Source of the DNA: Paragordius varius
Lineage: Eukaryota > Animalia > Nematomorpha
Direction of reading: 5' to 3'
NCBI GenBank assembly: GCA_964247055.1
Contig: OZ176056.1
Span: 3,224,001-3,288,000 of the forward strand
DNA: 64,000 nt
How positions within the stretch are numbered: the stretch's first letter is position 1; every line of letters begins with the position of its first letter. The translations under genes were made by a program, and so were the position numbers. The notes below the pieces were generated by a model. The model made no database searches. It was not told the origin of the DNA and was given only the letters and a program-made list of their open reading frames with translations. This document shows positions 11,678 through 23,034 of this stretch, piece by piece.

Positions 11678-13745
11678 ATGCTTCCAAAAATCACGTTTCG
11701 CAGCAAAGTAAAATCTATTATCGCCCACATTAATTCCACTGAAAAATGTCTTCAATCCAGATTTATATATAAGAAAGTACCATAATTCCTTAATATTTTG
11801 TTAATAGCTCATCAGGTTTATAAAAACAGTAGTAATATTGGCGTTTACGTAAATTTGCCTGATGAAATTGAGACTCATTTCTTTATTGATCATATACTTT
11901 CCACAGGGAAGCGCTGTTATATTCCTCACATAGTTTTTTTTACAGCTAATATTGTAGGATTTTTCTAGCGACACAAATCACATGAAAATGACCTTGTTAA
12001 AACATATAAATGAACTGCTCAGTGGTACAAAAAATAAATACAAAATTAAACAAATTGATGGAACTGATATAAAAGATGTATATGAAGAAGGACAAAGTAT
12101 ATATTTAATGGCATAAATTTTCGAATTACAGCAATAATAATTTTTGGAATCGGAATCCTATAATAATAAAATAATATTTGGTAAACTTTTCTAGTGCTTT
12201 TTAGTAAAAATATTATTTATCAAGATTATTGATTTATGTTTAACGGTACTCTACGGTCACCCATATAAAAAAGTCATATGACTTTTTGATAATATTTTTA
12301 GAGATTTATATGGTAACAACCATTTTCGACTTTAATATTAATTACAATACACTGTAAAGTATAAACTCTGTATAAATACCGCGTATAATAGACACAAATG
12401 TGAAACTGCAAATGGCGTCAAAAATCTTAAAATAAGGGTAAAATATTGGAAAAAACTGGAGATTAAGGTAAAAAATATAATCAGCACTAAAAACCAAGGA
12501 TTATCTTCATCCTTCGCAAACCTTTAAACTATTGATTTATGTGTTTTACAAGTCGAAAAACATCAGGCCTTATATTTTGGATTACCCTTGGTGTTTGATC
12601 TATGAAATCTTTAGGTAAAATTGGAAATTTTTGTCCAAATCTAAGCTTAGATTTACAGTAGAATCCCTTTCCCTAATGCACCGATTGTAGGATAAATCCG
12701 CATTATACCTTTTTGGAAACACAATTTAATTTTTTTGATAAAATCCTTTGAAAAAAATTATAAAAACTGATTTTAATTTTTTTCATAATTCTTTATGAGA
12801 ATTTCATAATGACCATAATCCGTTTTTTTGGGAAGACGTTTTGAACAATTATAGCTTAAAACTAGGGCGTTAATCGGAGAAATGCATATCATCACCACAA
12901 GTTAATTTGTTATTAGGCCTATTTATTTAAACTCACATAGGGAGGTAGGTTAGAATCTTCTAACATGGCAACGCTGCTTCTCTCTTGAAATTTAAAAAGG
13001 GGTGCTTTCTTGTTATAGTTATCTTGAAATAATTGTATGACAGACTATGCTTTTTTTTAACTCTGTGATTTTAAGGGCTATTTAGTGAAGTAAAATTAAA
13101 CATGTAACTTCCGCCCTTTACTACTATTGAACAAATGGTTTATTTAAGATAATTTTATTTAACATACTTTGGTTTTCCGAAAATGGTTGCGCTCTACAGA
13201 TGGTCATGTTTTGCCCAGCGGATAATTTGAAAAAATATTAAACTAAATTTGCCTGGGGATGCCTGTAAATTAATATAGTCTCATAACTTGTGCCAAATTT
13301 TATGACTTTTTTTGTACAAAATGTCTTTTTACACGCGACAGGGGCACAAAAATGTCGTTCCAATATCTTTGACTTTATAGTAAATTTTTTTTATTACTAC
13401 ACGTTTTCCGTAAAATTGTCTCAAAACTAAAATATTTTTAGCCATTTTTTTCGTAATTTTATATGTATATATCAGGTTTAGATATGCTCATTGTACCTGG
13501 GTTGGCTTTTACCCCGTCAGGACATCGATTGGGTCGTGGAAAAGGGTTTTATGACACATATCTTCATCGAATAAAACAATTGTCGCTAGAAAAATCTAGA
13601 AGTAAATCATATAAAAACTAAAGTAGATGCAAATTTAATCAAAATGCCATACTGTATTGGAGTTTGTTTTAAAGAATGCGTATTTCCAGAAATTCCGGTG
13701 GAACCTCATGATTTCGTCGTATCAGAGGTGTTATATATGCCTTAA
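11678..13745 (+). CDS. MTHFS: 5-formyltetrahydrofolate cyclo-ligase (methenyltetrahydrofolate synthetase)
   Basis: Exons 11678-11776, 11801-11932, 11958-12096, 13476-13601, 13624-13745. Motifs [61 protein letters not shown] and [16 protein letters not shown] are colinear with MTHFS. The intron 1 acceptor is problematic (see findings). Confidence 0.93.
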
Positions 13746-14162
13746 ATATGAATGCGCACAGCAAACCCCATGTAAAAAGTCGTCTGGGATGGTGTGTGGG
13801 ATATGGTACCTATTGTACCTGTTCTAATCATTTAATTCAATTTAATTATGTATTTGTTTAATAAATTATATATATATTTTATTAATTTGTTTTAGCATAT
13901 TTTGCCTAATATTTTTCTTACGATCCTAATCCGTATTATTGTGATAAAATGTTTTTTGGTTGTAACAGGTGATCTACCGACCCTTTAACAATTTTTTAAT
14001 GCCTGAATTTCAAAACTTTAATGACTTTTATTCTCAAAATCTCTTAAAAAAAGCCACTTTTTTGAAACAATCCAATATGTGATTTTCGACTTAATTTTAA
14101 TCTGAGTTTTTCAACTTGGTCGAAACGATGATTGCAATGGATTTATAGAATATTATTTGAGA

Positions 14163-14419
14163 AAGTAAAAACTGAAATTATACGGACAAAACGCAAAAAT
14201 ATAGACAATTTTTTTTCTAAAAGACAACAATACTTTTTAAATCTTGATTTATTTCAATATAACACATTTTAATGACAAAGTGTGAAATAAAGATATATAA
14301 TACTAACATTATCAATTCTAATTGTAACTAAATAGCTTATATGGGAATGGTTTTCTTTTATAAAAAAATATTTGTCTTTATATTTTCACGTTTTGCGTAT
14401 AATTTCGATTTTTACTGTA
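14163..14419. mobile_element. Tc1/mariner-type MITE (CAGTAAAAA family), left end decayed
   Basis: AGTAAAAACTGAAATTATACGGAC ... CGTATAATTTCGATTTTTACTGTA. Same family as 51516 and 53361. Confidence 0.75.
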
Positions 14420-14840
14420 ATAGTTTTCAATGTTAAGATTTGTTTTTGAGATTTCTTTGTGTGGTTAATTAAAGTAGGGAGTTATAATGTAGCTTGTATT
14501 AAAATTTTTTAAAGTTGTATCGATATTGAAGCACTCATAGATTTAATTTATAACTCTAAGGATGATTTATGGGCTAACTCAAGAGAGTTGCACATTTGTT
14601 TGGAACTAATAATTTACAAAGGACATATTATATATGATATAGACAATCCAATTTGGGTTTTAAAAATATATTCAGGAGCCAGTAATAAATATCCCCAAGT
14701 TAATGATGTATGATAAATGTCCGATATAAGATTTACGCATTAGTTATATTATTATATATAATAACTAATTTTTATTCACATTAATGTATAAACCAATAAA
14801 AATTTTGAAGTCAGAATTTCTATTCAAAATTGGGTTAGAG

Positions 14841-15128
14841 CAGTGGTCACCCTATAAAAATCTAAAGGAGAGCGCGAAAAATTTGGAGAATTTAGTTAAA
14901 AAATATGACCAGAAAAATTTCAAGGCTTTAAGGTGCAAATTATCAAGATTTGTCACCGATATGGAAAAAATATTTCAAAAATTGCAGATACAAGGATCTA
15001 ATTGATTGGAATTTTTATAATATCATAATATATTTTACATTTTATCTTGGATTTTTTTCAGAGGGGGGCGCAAGAATTTTGATATTCAATTTGGTTGTGG
15101 ACGTGAACAAAAAAAATTGGGAACCATA
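14841..15128. mobile_element. hAT-Charlie-type MITE
   Basis: Starts CAGTGGTCACCC, ends GGGAACCATA. Perfect 8-bp TSD GGTTAGAG at 14833-14840 and 15129-15136. Confidence 0.75.
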
Positions 15129-15550
15129 GGTTAGAGATTTATAATGGCTTTAATAGTTTATTTTTTAAAAGATTAAAATCCTATATTTTAAACTTATGAT
15201 AATAACACATTTGGCTAATGCTTTATACATTTTTATTATCAAAAAATTTATAAATTTTATAAATATTAATTTTACTACAAAATCCTTGTTTTAATTACTC
15301 TCTATATAACCAATTAAAAAAAGTTTTGAAAAGATATCTGGTAGTTTGCACATGAAATATGTATAAATATATTTTATGTATTTGGCAACTATATTTAAAA
15401 TTTGTCAAAAACACAATGTGATAAGATATTAAGCACATAATTTCAAATCCTAAATATCCTTAATTCAAAATTTGAAAAAAACCATATGCCACTCCTCCTA
15501 TATAAAAACATAAAACTTAATTAAATTTAACCATTTATTTTTATACTACT

Positions 15551-17599
15551 ATGAAATTTTCGGCGATTTTCATTACAATTTTCATAGGATTCCTATTTTT
15601 GATCACTTGTTTAGGTATTTTTATACGTGATTTAATTTTAAATTTTTTAATAATTTGGCCTTTATCTGAATGATCTCAATAGCTTCTGAAGAGGTAAAAT
15701 AATTACTTAAATACGGATTTTAAGAAATTATATTATTTGGTACTTAATTTTAATTTTGGTAATTTTGGTAATTTTTAAACGCAAACTTTTCATTTTTCTC
15801 TTTAATAAAAAATGATGTCTAAGATTGTCAAATGTTAAATACAATTTTGTTTATTTAAAATACCTTTTTTGATTGCTAATTTTAATATTATTGATTATTA
15901 TATGCGTCTTTTAATTTGTTAATTGAAAAATTAATCTATTATTATGGTCTTTATATTTTACAAGTCAATATTTTATTAAAATATATTTATTTCTCTTTTA
16001 ACAATTAAAAAGTTCCATTTTACCAATAATATGTGTCTCTTTAATGATGTAAAAAAACCAAATTAAATTATTATTCATAAAAACGCACCATATATTATTT
16101 GATAAAAACTACAGTATGAATAAGTTTACATTGCTAGAAAATCAAATAACATAGTATATACAACAAAGGGCAGTATTGGCTTGTAGTTATTTTTTCACAC
16201 TTTTTACTATTATTAACCAATAATAATTCTCTTTGCTGCATATATGCTATTTGGCAATAATTTTCTATATATATATACTTACTCACACTGTAATATATAT
16301 ACCATTTACAGTCCAAATTCACCCTTGAACAATTCAAATTCACCTTTGAACAATTTAAATTCACCCTAAAAATAAATTATGTATTTTTGAACTAATATAA
16401 CTCATTATTAATATGAAATATATGGTTATGTTATAGTTTATTATTTTTTCAGTATTATTTTAATTTAATACAAAATTTTTATTTTTTAAAAATATATAAA
16501 AATATTGGTAATTTTTAATATTAAAAAACATATATTTTATTTGAGGGTGAATTTGAATTGTTCGAGGGTGAATTTGAATTGTTCGAGGGTGAATTTGAAT
16601 TGTTTAAGGGTGAAATTGAATTGTAAATGGTATATATATATATATATGTGTATATATATATATATACAGAGTTTCCTTGTTCGGAATAAACGTAGCCCTT
16701 GTTCTTGCCATTCTCATCCCAATAGATTAGTGCCTTCTTCGGGGTGTAGGTATTTTCTCTATTATCGAAAATTTTATTTTACTTTTCCTTTTTTATTAAA
16801 TTTATAAATTAATCAATATGTAGAATAAATATTTATATATAGTAGCGTATGGCATAAAACATTATTTGTCCATAATAGAATAAAAAATGTTATTTTTTTA
16901 AAAAAACAAGGGGATATTATAGATATGCGTATATGCAACTCTGCTTGTTTTTTATAAAAACTTTTTTTTATTCTTTTATAGACTAATATTGTTTTACTCC
17001 ATACGCTACTGTAAAGAGTTTTATGCCGTTAATTTTAAATGTTGCCTGCCTATTTATTTAAAAAAATGCACTTTAAAAATTTGCATATCAAAGTTGGTTT
17101 TTAAAGGATTATATGCATACAAATGACATTCAATTGATCAAAGTTTAATACATTAAAAAATTAATTAATTAATTAAACACTTTGATAAATTTTTTTTGGA
17201 TATTAATTTATTGACCTGAATAATTTACTGATTATACCAATAGAATTTCGTATTAAATGTTATAAATACAATACGCTTTTATTTTAATTTTGCAGATCTT
17301 TTGCACTTATATAAAAGGGTTTAATCAAAAGCCCTAAATGTGTATATCCATAATTGTTCCATATATAATTATTTATCACAACAATATATGTGGGATTTAT
17401 AAATGATATTGGTAAATAAAATGCAAATACCTTCAATATTTTGATTAATAATAAATCTTTTTAAAATTTTTTAATATATAGGGGATATATTGACTGCAGG
17501 GCTCATGGCCGCCCCTATATAGCTTGTCCAAGTAATTTGAAGTTCAATGGGGACAGTCAAGTTTGCGATTGGCCTAACAATGTACGATGCCGATGTTAA
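15551..17599 (+). CDS. 90-aa secreted prepropeptide with one chitin-binding (CBM14/peritrophin-A-like) domain
   Basis: Exons 15551-15614, 15683-15693, 16670-16749, 17482-17599, all GT-AG and phase-consistent. Translation: MKFSAIFITIFIGFLFLITCLASEESFLVRNKR-SPCSCHSHPNRLVPSSGCRGYIDCRAHGRPYIACPSNLKFNGDSQVCDWPNNVRCRC*. CP..L.FN.....CDWP.NV.C is the CBM14 C-terminal signature. Confidence 0.8.
16300..16632. mobile_element. Foldback-type non-autonomous element with 21-bp subterminal repeats (copy A)
   Basis: TA-CCATTTACA ... TGTAAATGG-TA ends. Inverted arrays of AAATTCACCCTTGAACAATTC. Confidence 0.85.
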
Positions 17600-19890
17600 T
17601 AAATTGAGAAAACTTTTTAAATTTAAATTTTATTTTGAAAATATTTTTAAAGATCATATATATAATTTTTATTCTCTCCTTTATAATAAAGCTAATAAAT
17701 GTGTATAGATTTATGTAAATTTGAGTAAATTAATTTTAAAATGAACAAATTTATAAACAAACAAATAATTTCAAGCATTTTAAAATATGATAAAATTGCA
17801 TGGCTTCGATGTAAAGGTAATTAGTGTTAAAAGTCAAATATAGGTCCAAAGCCTGTATATATTTAGAGATAAATTAAAATTTGCTACATTAATTGGTATA
17901 AAAAACGGCTTTTATTTTAAACTGCGGTTCTTAGTCTCAAAAGAAACGCTATTAAAAATAAAACAATGGTATTTCTTTTACAACCATAAAGCATTATCCA
18001 ATTTTATGAATACTGTTTTATAACCTTTAAAATGGGTAAAAAAATAAATTTTTGATAGCCCCTAAGATTATTAAATATTTTTTATATCGAATTAATCCTT
18101 TTACTATTTGATTGCTCAAATCTCTACTATTAAGGTATAGTATATGCCGATTAGAATTTGTTAAACATTTTAAAATAAAGAATATGATGTTGACTTTGAA
18201 TTTCTCCAGAGAATTTTTTATAAATATGGCTTACAATCGGAATAAAAAAGCAAAAATGGCGTGGGTTTGAGAACTATTCTTGTAACATTTCTGATCAATT
18301 AAAACCCAATATTTCAACTAGTGTGCATATCGACAATTAAATTATAAAAAAATCTGTAGCCTTATCTTCTGAAAAATATTCTAATTATGTGAAGTAGTTT
18401 CTTTTAATTGGACTTATAAAATTTATCTATATTCAGTATCGTGACCAGATATAATAAATGATAAATTCCGATTTGTAATTAGATTCAGAGGTAAAATTTA
18501 CTATATGAGCATAAACAATTTTATTATCCAATCAATTTTTAAATACCAAGTCTTTTTTTTCTATTACTCGAGTAAATTTGGATTTCTTTTGAAAAACCTT
18601 CATACCACAAAAATTGATATTATAACTCTGATTAAAAATTTACAAAATTGTTCATCAATTATTATTTTAATAAGGTAATTTTTCAATTTTTTTATAAAAA
18701 TTTAAGGTAAATTTTATTGATACCGTATAATGATTATACCCAGGCTTATTTAAATAGTTCTGTGTTTTTTTCTCCTTGTGAGAAAGCGTTAAGAATAAAA
18801 TTAAACGCAATTTTCTAAATTTATGACTAATTAATTATCAATATAAATTTTAAGCAAGCTAAATTTTATAGTGGTACACAGATATATATGCAGAACAAAG
18901 TTGTAAATTGTAGTTATATATATAAATATATATATTTGATTGGAATATCTTACCCAAATTCTTATACAGACGCTTAAATAGAATACTGCCCAGTTTTACA
19001 ATTATTTTCGTGGCGCAGTAGCTATATAAATCTATTTTACTTATCTTTTTTAAAAAATATCAGTTAGTTTTAACTTATGAATTCTTGGGCACCGCATTTT
19101 ATATTACACAAATAGATGATTAACATATTTTAAAAATTTAAAAGGAAAAATTTTAAGTTCCCATTTTTGTCCTTAAAGAAAATCCATAAAAACTTTTGAA
19201 TTGCAAAAGGTAGCAGGTTATTCTATAAAGTGCATTTTAGCCGGTATTATCCATTGGTATTTATAATCACATAGGCTTTTTAAAAAAATTTAGCTCATTA
19301 GAAAAAAAAGACGTTCTTTAAATTATTTCCCCAAATATTAAAAAATAAACTGAGATTTAGTAATTATTTAACATTAATATATCATTTTTTTTTTGAATGT
19401 GAAATTTTTCTGTATTTATCACTGTTTACATCATATTTTCTTAAAAATATAATACATACCTTTCTTTTCTCACCTTTGTTTTACATTTTTGTTTTGTTTT
19501 TAAAATTTTGTACATTTTTTAGCTAAAACATATTAGTATTTTACTGTAAAACAGCAATGTCTTAAATTTTTAGAAATATTTATTTATGTATATATTAAAA
19601 TATATCCGATTCGAAGATCAAGGTATAAATATATATATTTAACAAATAATTTACACCCATAGAATTAATTTATTTTTTAAAAATTTATTTAATTTTTTCA
19701 ATTTTTTATGATCATGATTGCCATGATTTATTTTTTTAATGTGGAATTTTAAATTACATATAAATATATTTTAACCACTTGAAAAATATTGTAATTATAT
19801 ATTATATAATTATATATATGTGAAATATTTAAAATAGGGATTGAATTTTTATTATTTAATTACACCATTTAAATAAAGGAGAATGGAATA

Positions 19891-19895
<5 letters not shown>

Positions 19896-19928
<33 letters not shown>

Positions 19929-19932
19929 TATA
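19896..19932. repeat. (TA)n microsatellite
   Basis: Directly visible. Similar tracts near 16631, 28101, 30495, 31010, 31941, 33615, 58033 and 63183. Confidence 0.95.
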
Positions 19933-21597
19933 CGACAATTAAATTTTTTTACCTGCTTCAATGTAAAATGTATTATATGTAATTTATATTTATTAAAATA
20001 AAATAAAATCAAAAAATCTTGAAAAAAAAACATTTATAGATGATGTGTTTTATTACATCAATGTTAATAAATTTTTTACATTGATAGGTTTTTTTTTGTT
20101 AAAAATGTATTTATATTTAAAATTTTAATTTTGAAATTTTTACAATGTGTGAATTCCAATCATTGAGGTAATTATTTAATTTTTAATAAATTTTTTTTTC
20201 GTAAAAATATTTTTTATTTTTCCAATAAAATTTTGCCCAGGTAAGGAAAGAGTACAATGTACTTAAAAAACTGTTAACTAGCTGGTTGAGCCTTTTTAAA
20301 GAATATAAAGGGTTGTCCATTTTTATTATAGAGGAATGAACAAAAAAAAACCTGGAAAAAATCGATAAAATGCCTTAAATTTTTTTTAGACTTAATATAT
20401 TTTATACGAATTTATGAATTCTGATTATATATTAGGCTGACAAAACTCTTTATAAAGATTTTAAGAAGATTATTCACTTTGGTAAAAAATTTAATAAAAG
20501 ATGTTATATTTTGGGCGTTTTGACATATTTTAAGGTGTTGATTAGTACCTTTCTTATACAAGTATGATATATAAAAATTCAAACAAAGTTTTTTATTAAT
20601 TAAAAATAGTTGACAAAAGATAAATTTTTAATAAAATAATTTGTTCTAATTCTATTATGAATGATTCAGCATATTTTGCTTAAAATAATTATAATATCTA
20701 AATCGGTAAAAATTTACAGTTTCTTAGAAAAAACATTATTTTGATATAATAAGGTTAAGTCAATTTTTTTTAATTTTATTTTAATAAAAATTTTTTTTCC
20801 ATATTATATAATTAAATATAGGGATTAATTTATTTTTTTGTTCTCATTTGTCTTTTATAACAGTTTATATGAATAATTATGTCATCAAGATGCATAGAAT
20901 AATTATATTTTTTAAAATAATAGTTAATCTATTTTTACAAACACGACACACGATATACTAATTACTTTTTTTAATTTAAAATAAAAAAATATTTTTTTCA
21001 TAAAAAAAATTATTTTAATTCTTCAATTTTTTTATAAATTCCACACATGAGTGCTGAAATTTCCAAGGACAATAAGTAAAATATTTATATTAATTTTTTT
21101 CATCGAATAAAAATTTTAATCTTTAACTTTTTAACTTCTCTAAAAGCTAAGTTAAATTATTTTTTGTAAAAATTAGTTTAATTTAAAATTTACCTGGAAA
21201 TATTTTGCAAAAACATTAAAAAATGTAATTATATTTATTTTTATAAATGATTTAATATAAATTATTAATGTGTTTTCATTATCGCTTATTTTTAAATAAT
21301 TTTTCATTCTCCATCAGAAAAGATCATTGATCTTTGTGTGTTGTGCACACTTTTTACATTTGCCAGCCAGAATATATAAAAAAACGAAATTTTAACGCAG
21401 TTATAGCGGAAAAAGTATTTAGTTATATAATTTTTATAACGGTAATTTTTTAATTATTTCACATTAATTTTTGATTCTAAAATTGATTTTTTGTGTTGTG
21501 TGATAGCTAACTAAAATTTTTTATTCAAATCAATTCCAATTTCAACCAAAAGACTTTAAAACTTTAAAAAAACGCGCGACAAAGATTCTGATAAAAT

Positions 21598-23034
21598 ATG
21601 GTGGAAAATAACGAGGAAGTTTTCGACACATTTTTTCAATGTCTAATCTGGTTAATACTATTTTTCCTCGTATTCTCAAAATGGATTGTGATTTCATCCG
21701 TGGGTTTAGGGTTTGCCTTATACTTACATAATATTGTTTCGAACAGCGCTTTAGCGGACGAAAAAAATGGCGGACTAAAATCAAGAGCATCAGCAGACAA
21801 ACGGATAAAATTGGAGGCAAAAAAGAAGAAACTAGAAACATCTCAATCAAAAAAAGTTATTTCAAAAGTTGAAACTAATCCGAAACCATGTTCTAAAAGC
21901 GATTTACCCATGTCACTTGCGACCTTATGTCACCAAAAATTTTTTTTACAAGCAAATAAACCTATAACTAAAGTTATTGAAAATAAAAATATTGTTGACT
22001 GTTTCAATCGTGATAATCCCTGTAAAATATTTATGAATCTCGATTATACCCATGAAAGCGTTTCAGAATCGTGCCAAAGACTTGAGAACAATAATAATAA
22101 TTTATTATATTTTGATGATTCGGAAAATGTTCTTCAAGGACACCGTAGAAAGGTAAAAAATGTTTTTAGCAAATGCGATAATACAAATTTCGCACTTGCT
22201 GACGAAATTACACAGGTAAGCAAAACTTTTAATAATGTTAAAACATGCAATTTATTTACGCATAACTATACCATTACTCATAATATTAAACCTAAAAATA
22301 ATAATGGATGTACTACTAAAACAAAATCAAATTATCAAAAACTATTTTATAAAATCGGAAAATCCTACCAGGAGGAATTCAATAAAATTTCTTTTTTTCG
22401 GCAATCTTTAAATGATAATTTTATATTCTACAAAAAATTTTGGAATCCAGATAATATTTCACATGAAAATTTCATAAATAGCCGAAAGCTAAAACAATAT
22501 GTTTGTAAAACATTATTACGTAGCACTTCAACACACGTAATAAATTATTACAACAGCAATTTTTGCAAACATGAAAATTTCCATGATGTTTCTTTGAGTC
22601 TTGATACATTATTATTTATGGATGAAAAAAACCGACAAAGTTATAAAAATATACATCCACTAAATTCCACACCGAAAAGGCTTGATATAAATAGCTTGCA
22701 TAATTCAATTTTGCCATTTTTTGACAAAAAACAGCCGAAATATTTGGAAACATATGGAAATAACTTTTTTGATTACAATTCTACCTTTCGAAATGATTTA
22801 TCAATTAGTTTGGATGAAATATTTTATAAACCGATTTCGACTCCTGAAAAGCCTTTAACGTTATATCGTTCAAAATCTATTCTTTTATTAATGCCATCAT
22901 CCGCAAAGAAACCATTGAATACAGGTAATTTTACGCTTAAAATTTTTTTAAAACAATTATTTTACATTTATTTTATATGGATAATTTTTTGCATACGGAT
23001 AATTTTAAATAATATTTCATGCGTATTTCTATAA
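21598..23034 (+). CDS. Orphan ~450-480-aa protein with N-terminal hydrophobic segment(s) and an Asn/Lys-rich tail
   Basis: 478-aa ORF in ~1.4 kb of AT-rich DNA. Hydrophobic stretch FFQCLIWLILFFLVFSKWIVISSVGLGFALYL. A likely splice donor (ACAG|GTAATT) near 22925 means the true C-terminus may differ. Confidence 0.7.
   Translation: MVENNEEVFDTFFQCLIWLILFFLVFSKWIVISSVGLGFALYLHNIVSNSALADEKNGGLKSRASADKRIKLEAKKKKLETSQSKKVISKVETNPKPCSKSDLPMSLATLCHQKFFLQANKPITKVIENKNIVDCFNRDNPCKIFMNLDYTHESVSESCQRLENNNNNLLYFDDSENVLQGHRRKVKNVFSKCDNTNFALADEITQVSKTFNNVKTCNLFTHNYTITHNIKPKNNNGCTTKTKSNYQKLFYKIGKSYQEEFNKISFFRQSLNDNFIFYKKFWNPDNISHENFINSRKLKQYVCKTLLRSTSTHVINYYNSNFCKHENFHDVSLSLDTLLFMDEKNRQSYKNIHPLNSTPKRLDINSLHNSILPFFDKKQPKYLETYGNNFFDYNSTFRNDLSISLDEIFYKPISTPEKPLTLYRSKSILLLMPSSAKKPLNTGNFTLKIFLKQLFYIYFIWIIFCIRIILNNISCVFL

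Noticed and set aside
3749-13745. Stop-codon reassignment or readthrough as an explanation for the in-frame TAA/TAG
   Set aside because: The 22-, 23- and 25-nt cases change frame and need excision. Well-supported genes end normally in TAA or TGA (13745, 17599, 43214, 52296, 55153).
14784-15005. 73-aa ORF
   Set aside because: Lies mostly inside a hAT MITE and starts outside it. No homology recognised.
16300-16632. 21-bp repeat arrays (also 29219-29659, 63212-64000) as CRISPR or as coding repeats (ORFs 16134-16364, 16505-16560 'RVNLNCS', 29124-29333)
   Set aside because: Units are contiguous with no unique spacers, arranged as inverted arrays inside TIR-bounded elements in a eukaryote. The 7-aa periodic ORFs are by-products. 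Only 16670-16749 of ORF 16505 is a real exon.
21542-21850. 102-aa minus-strand ORF
   Set aside because: Antisense overlap of the 478-aa ORF, no recognisable features.
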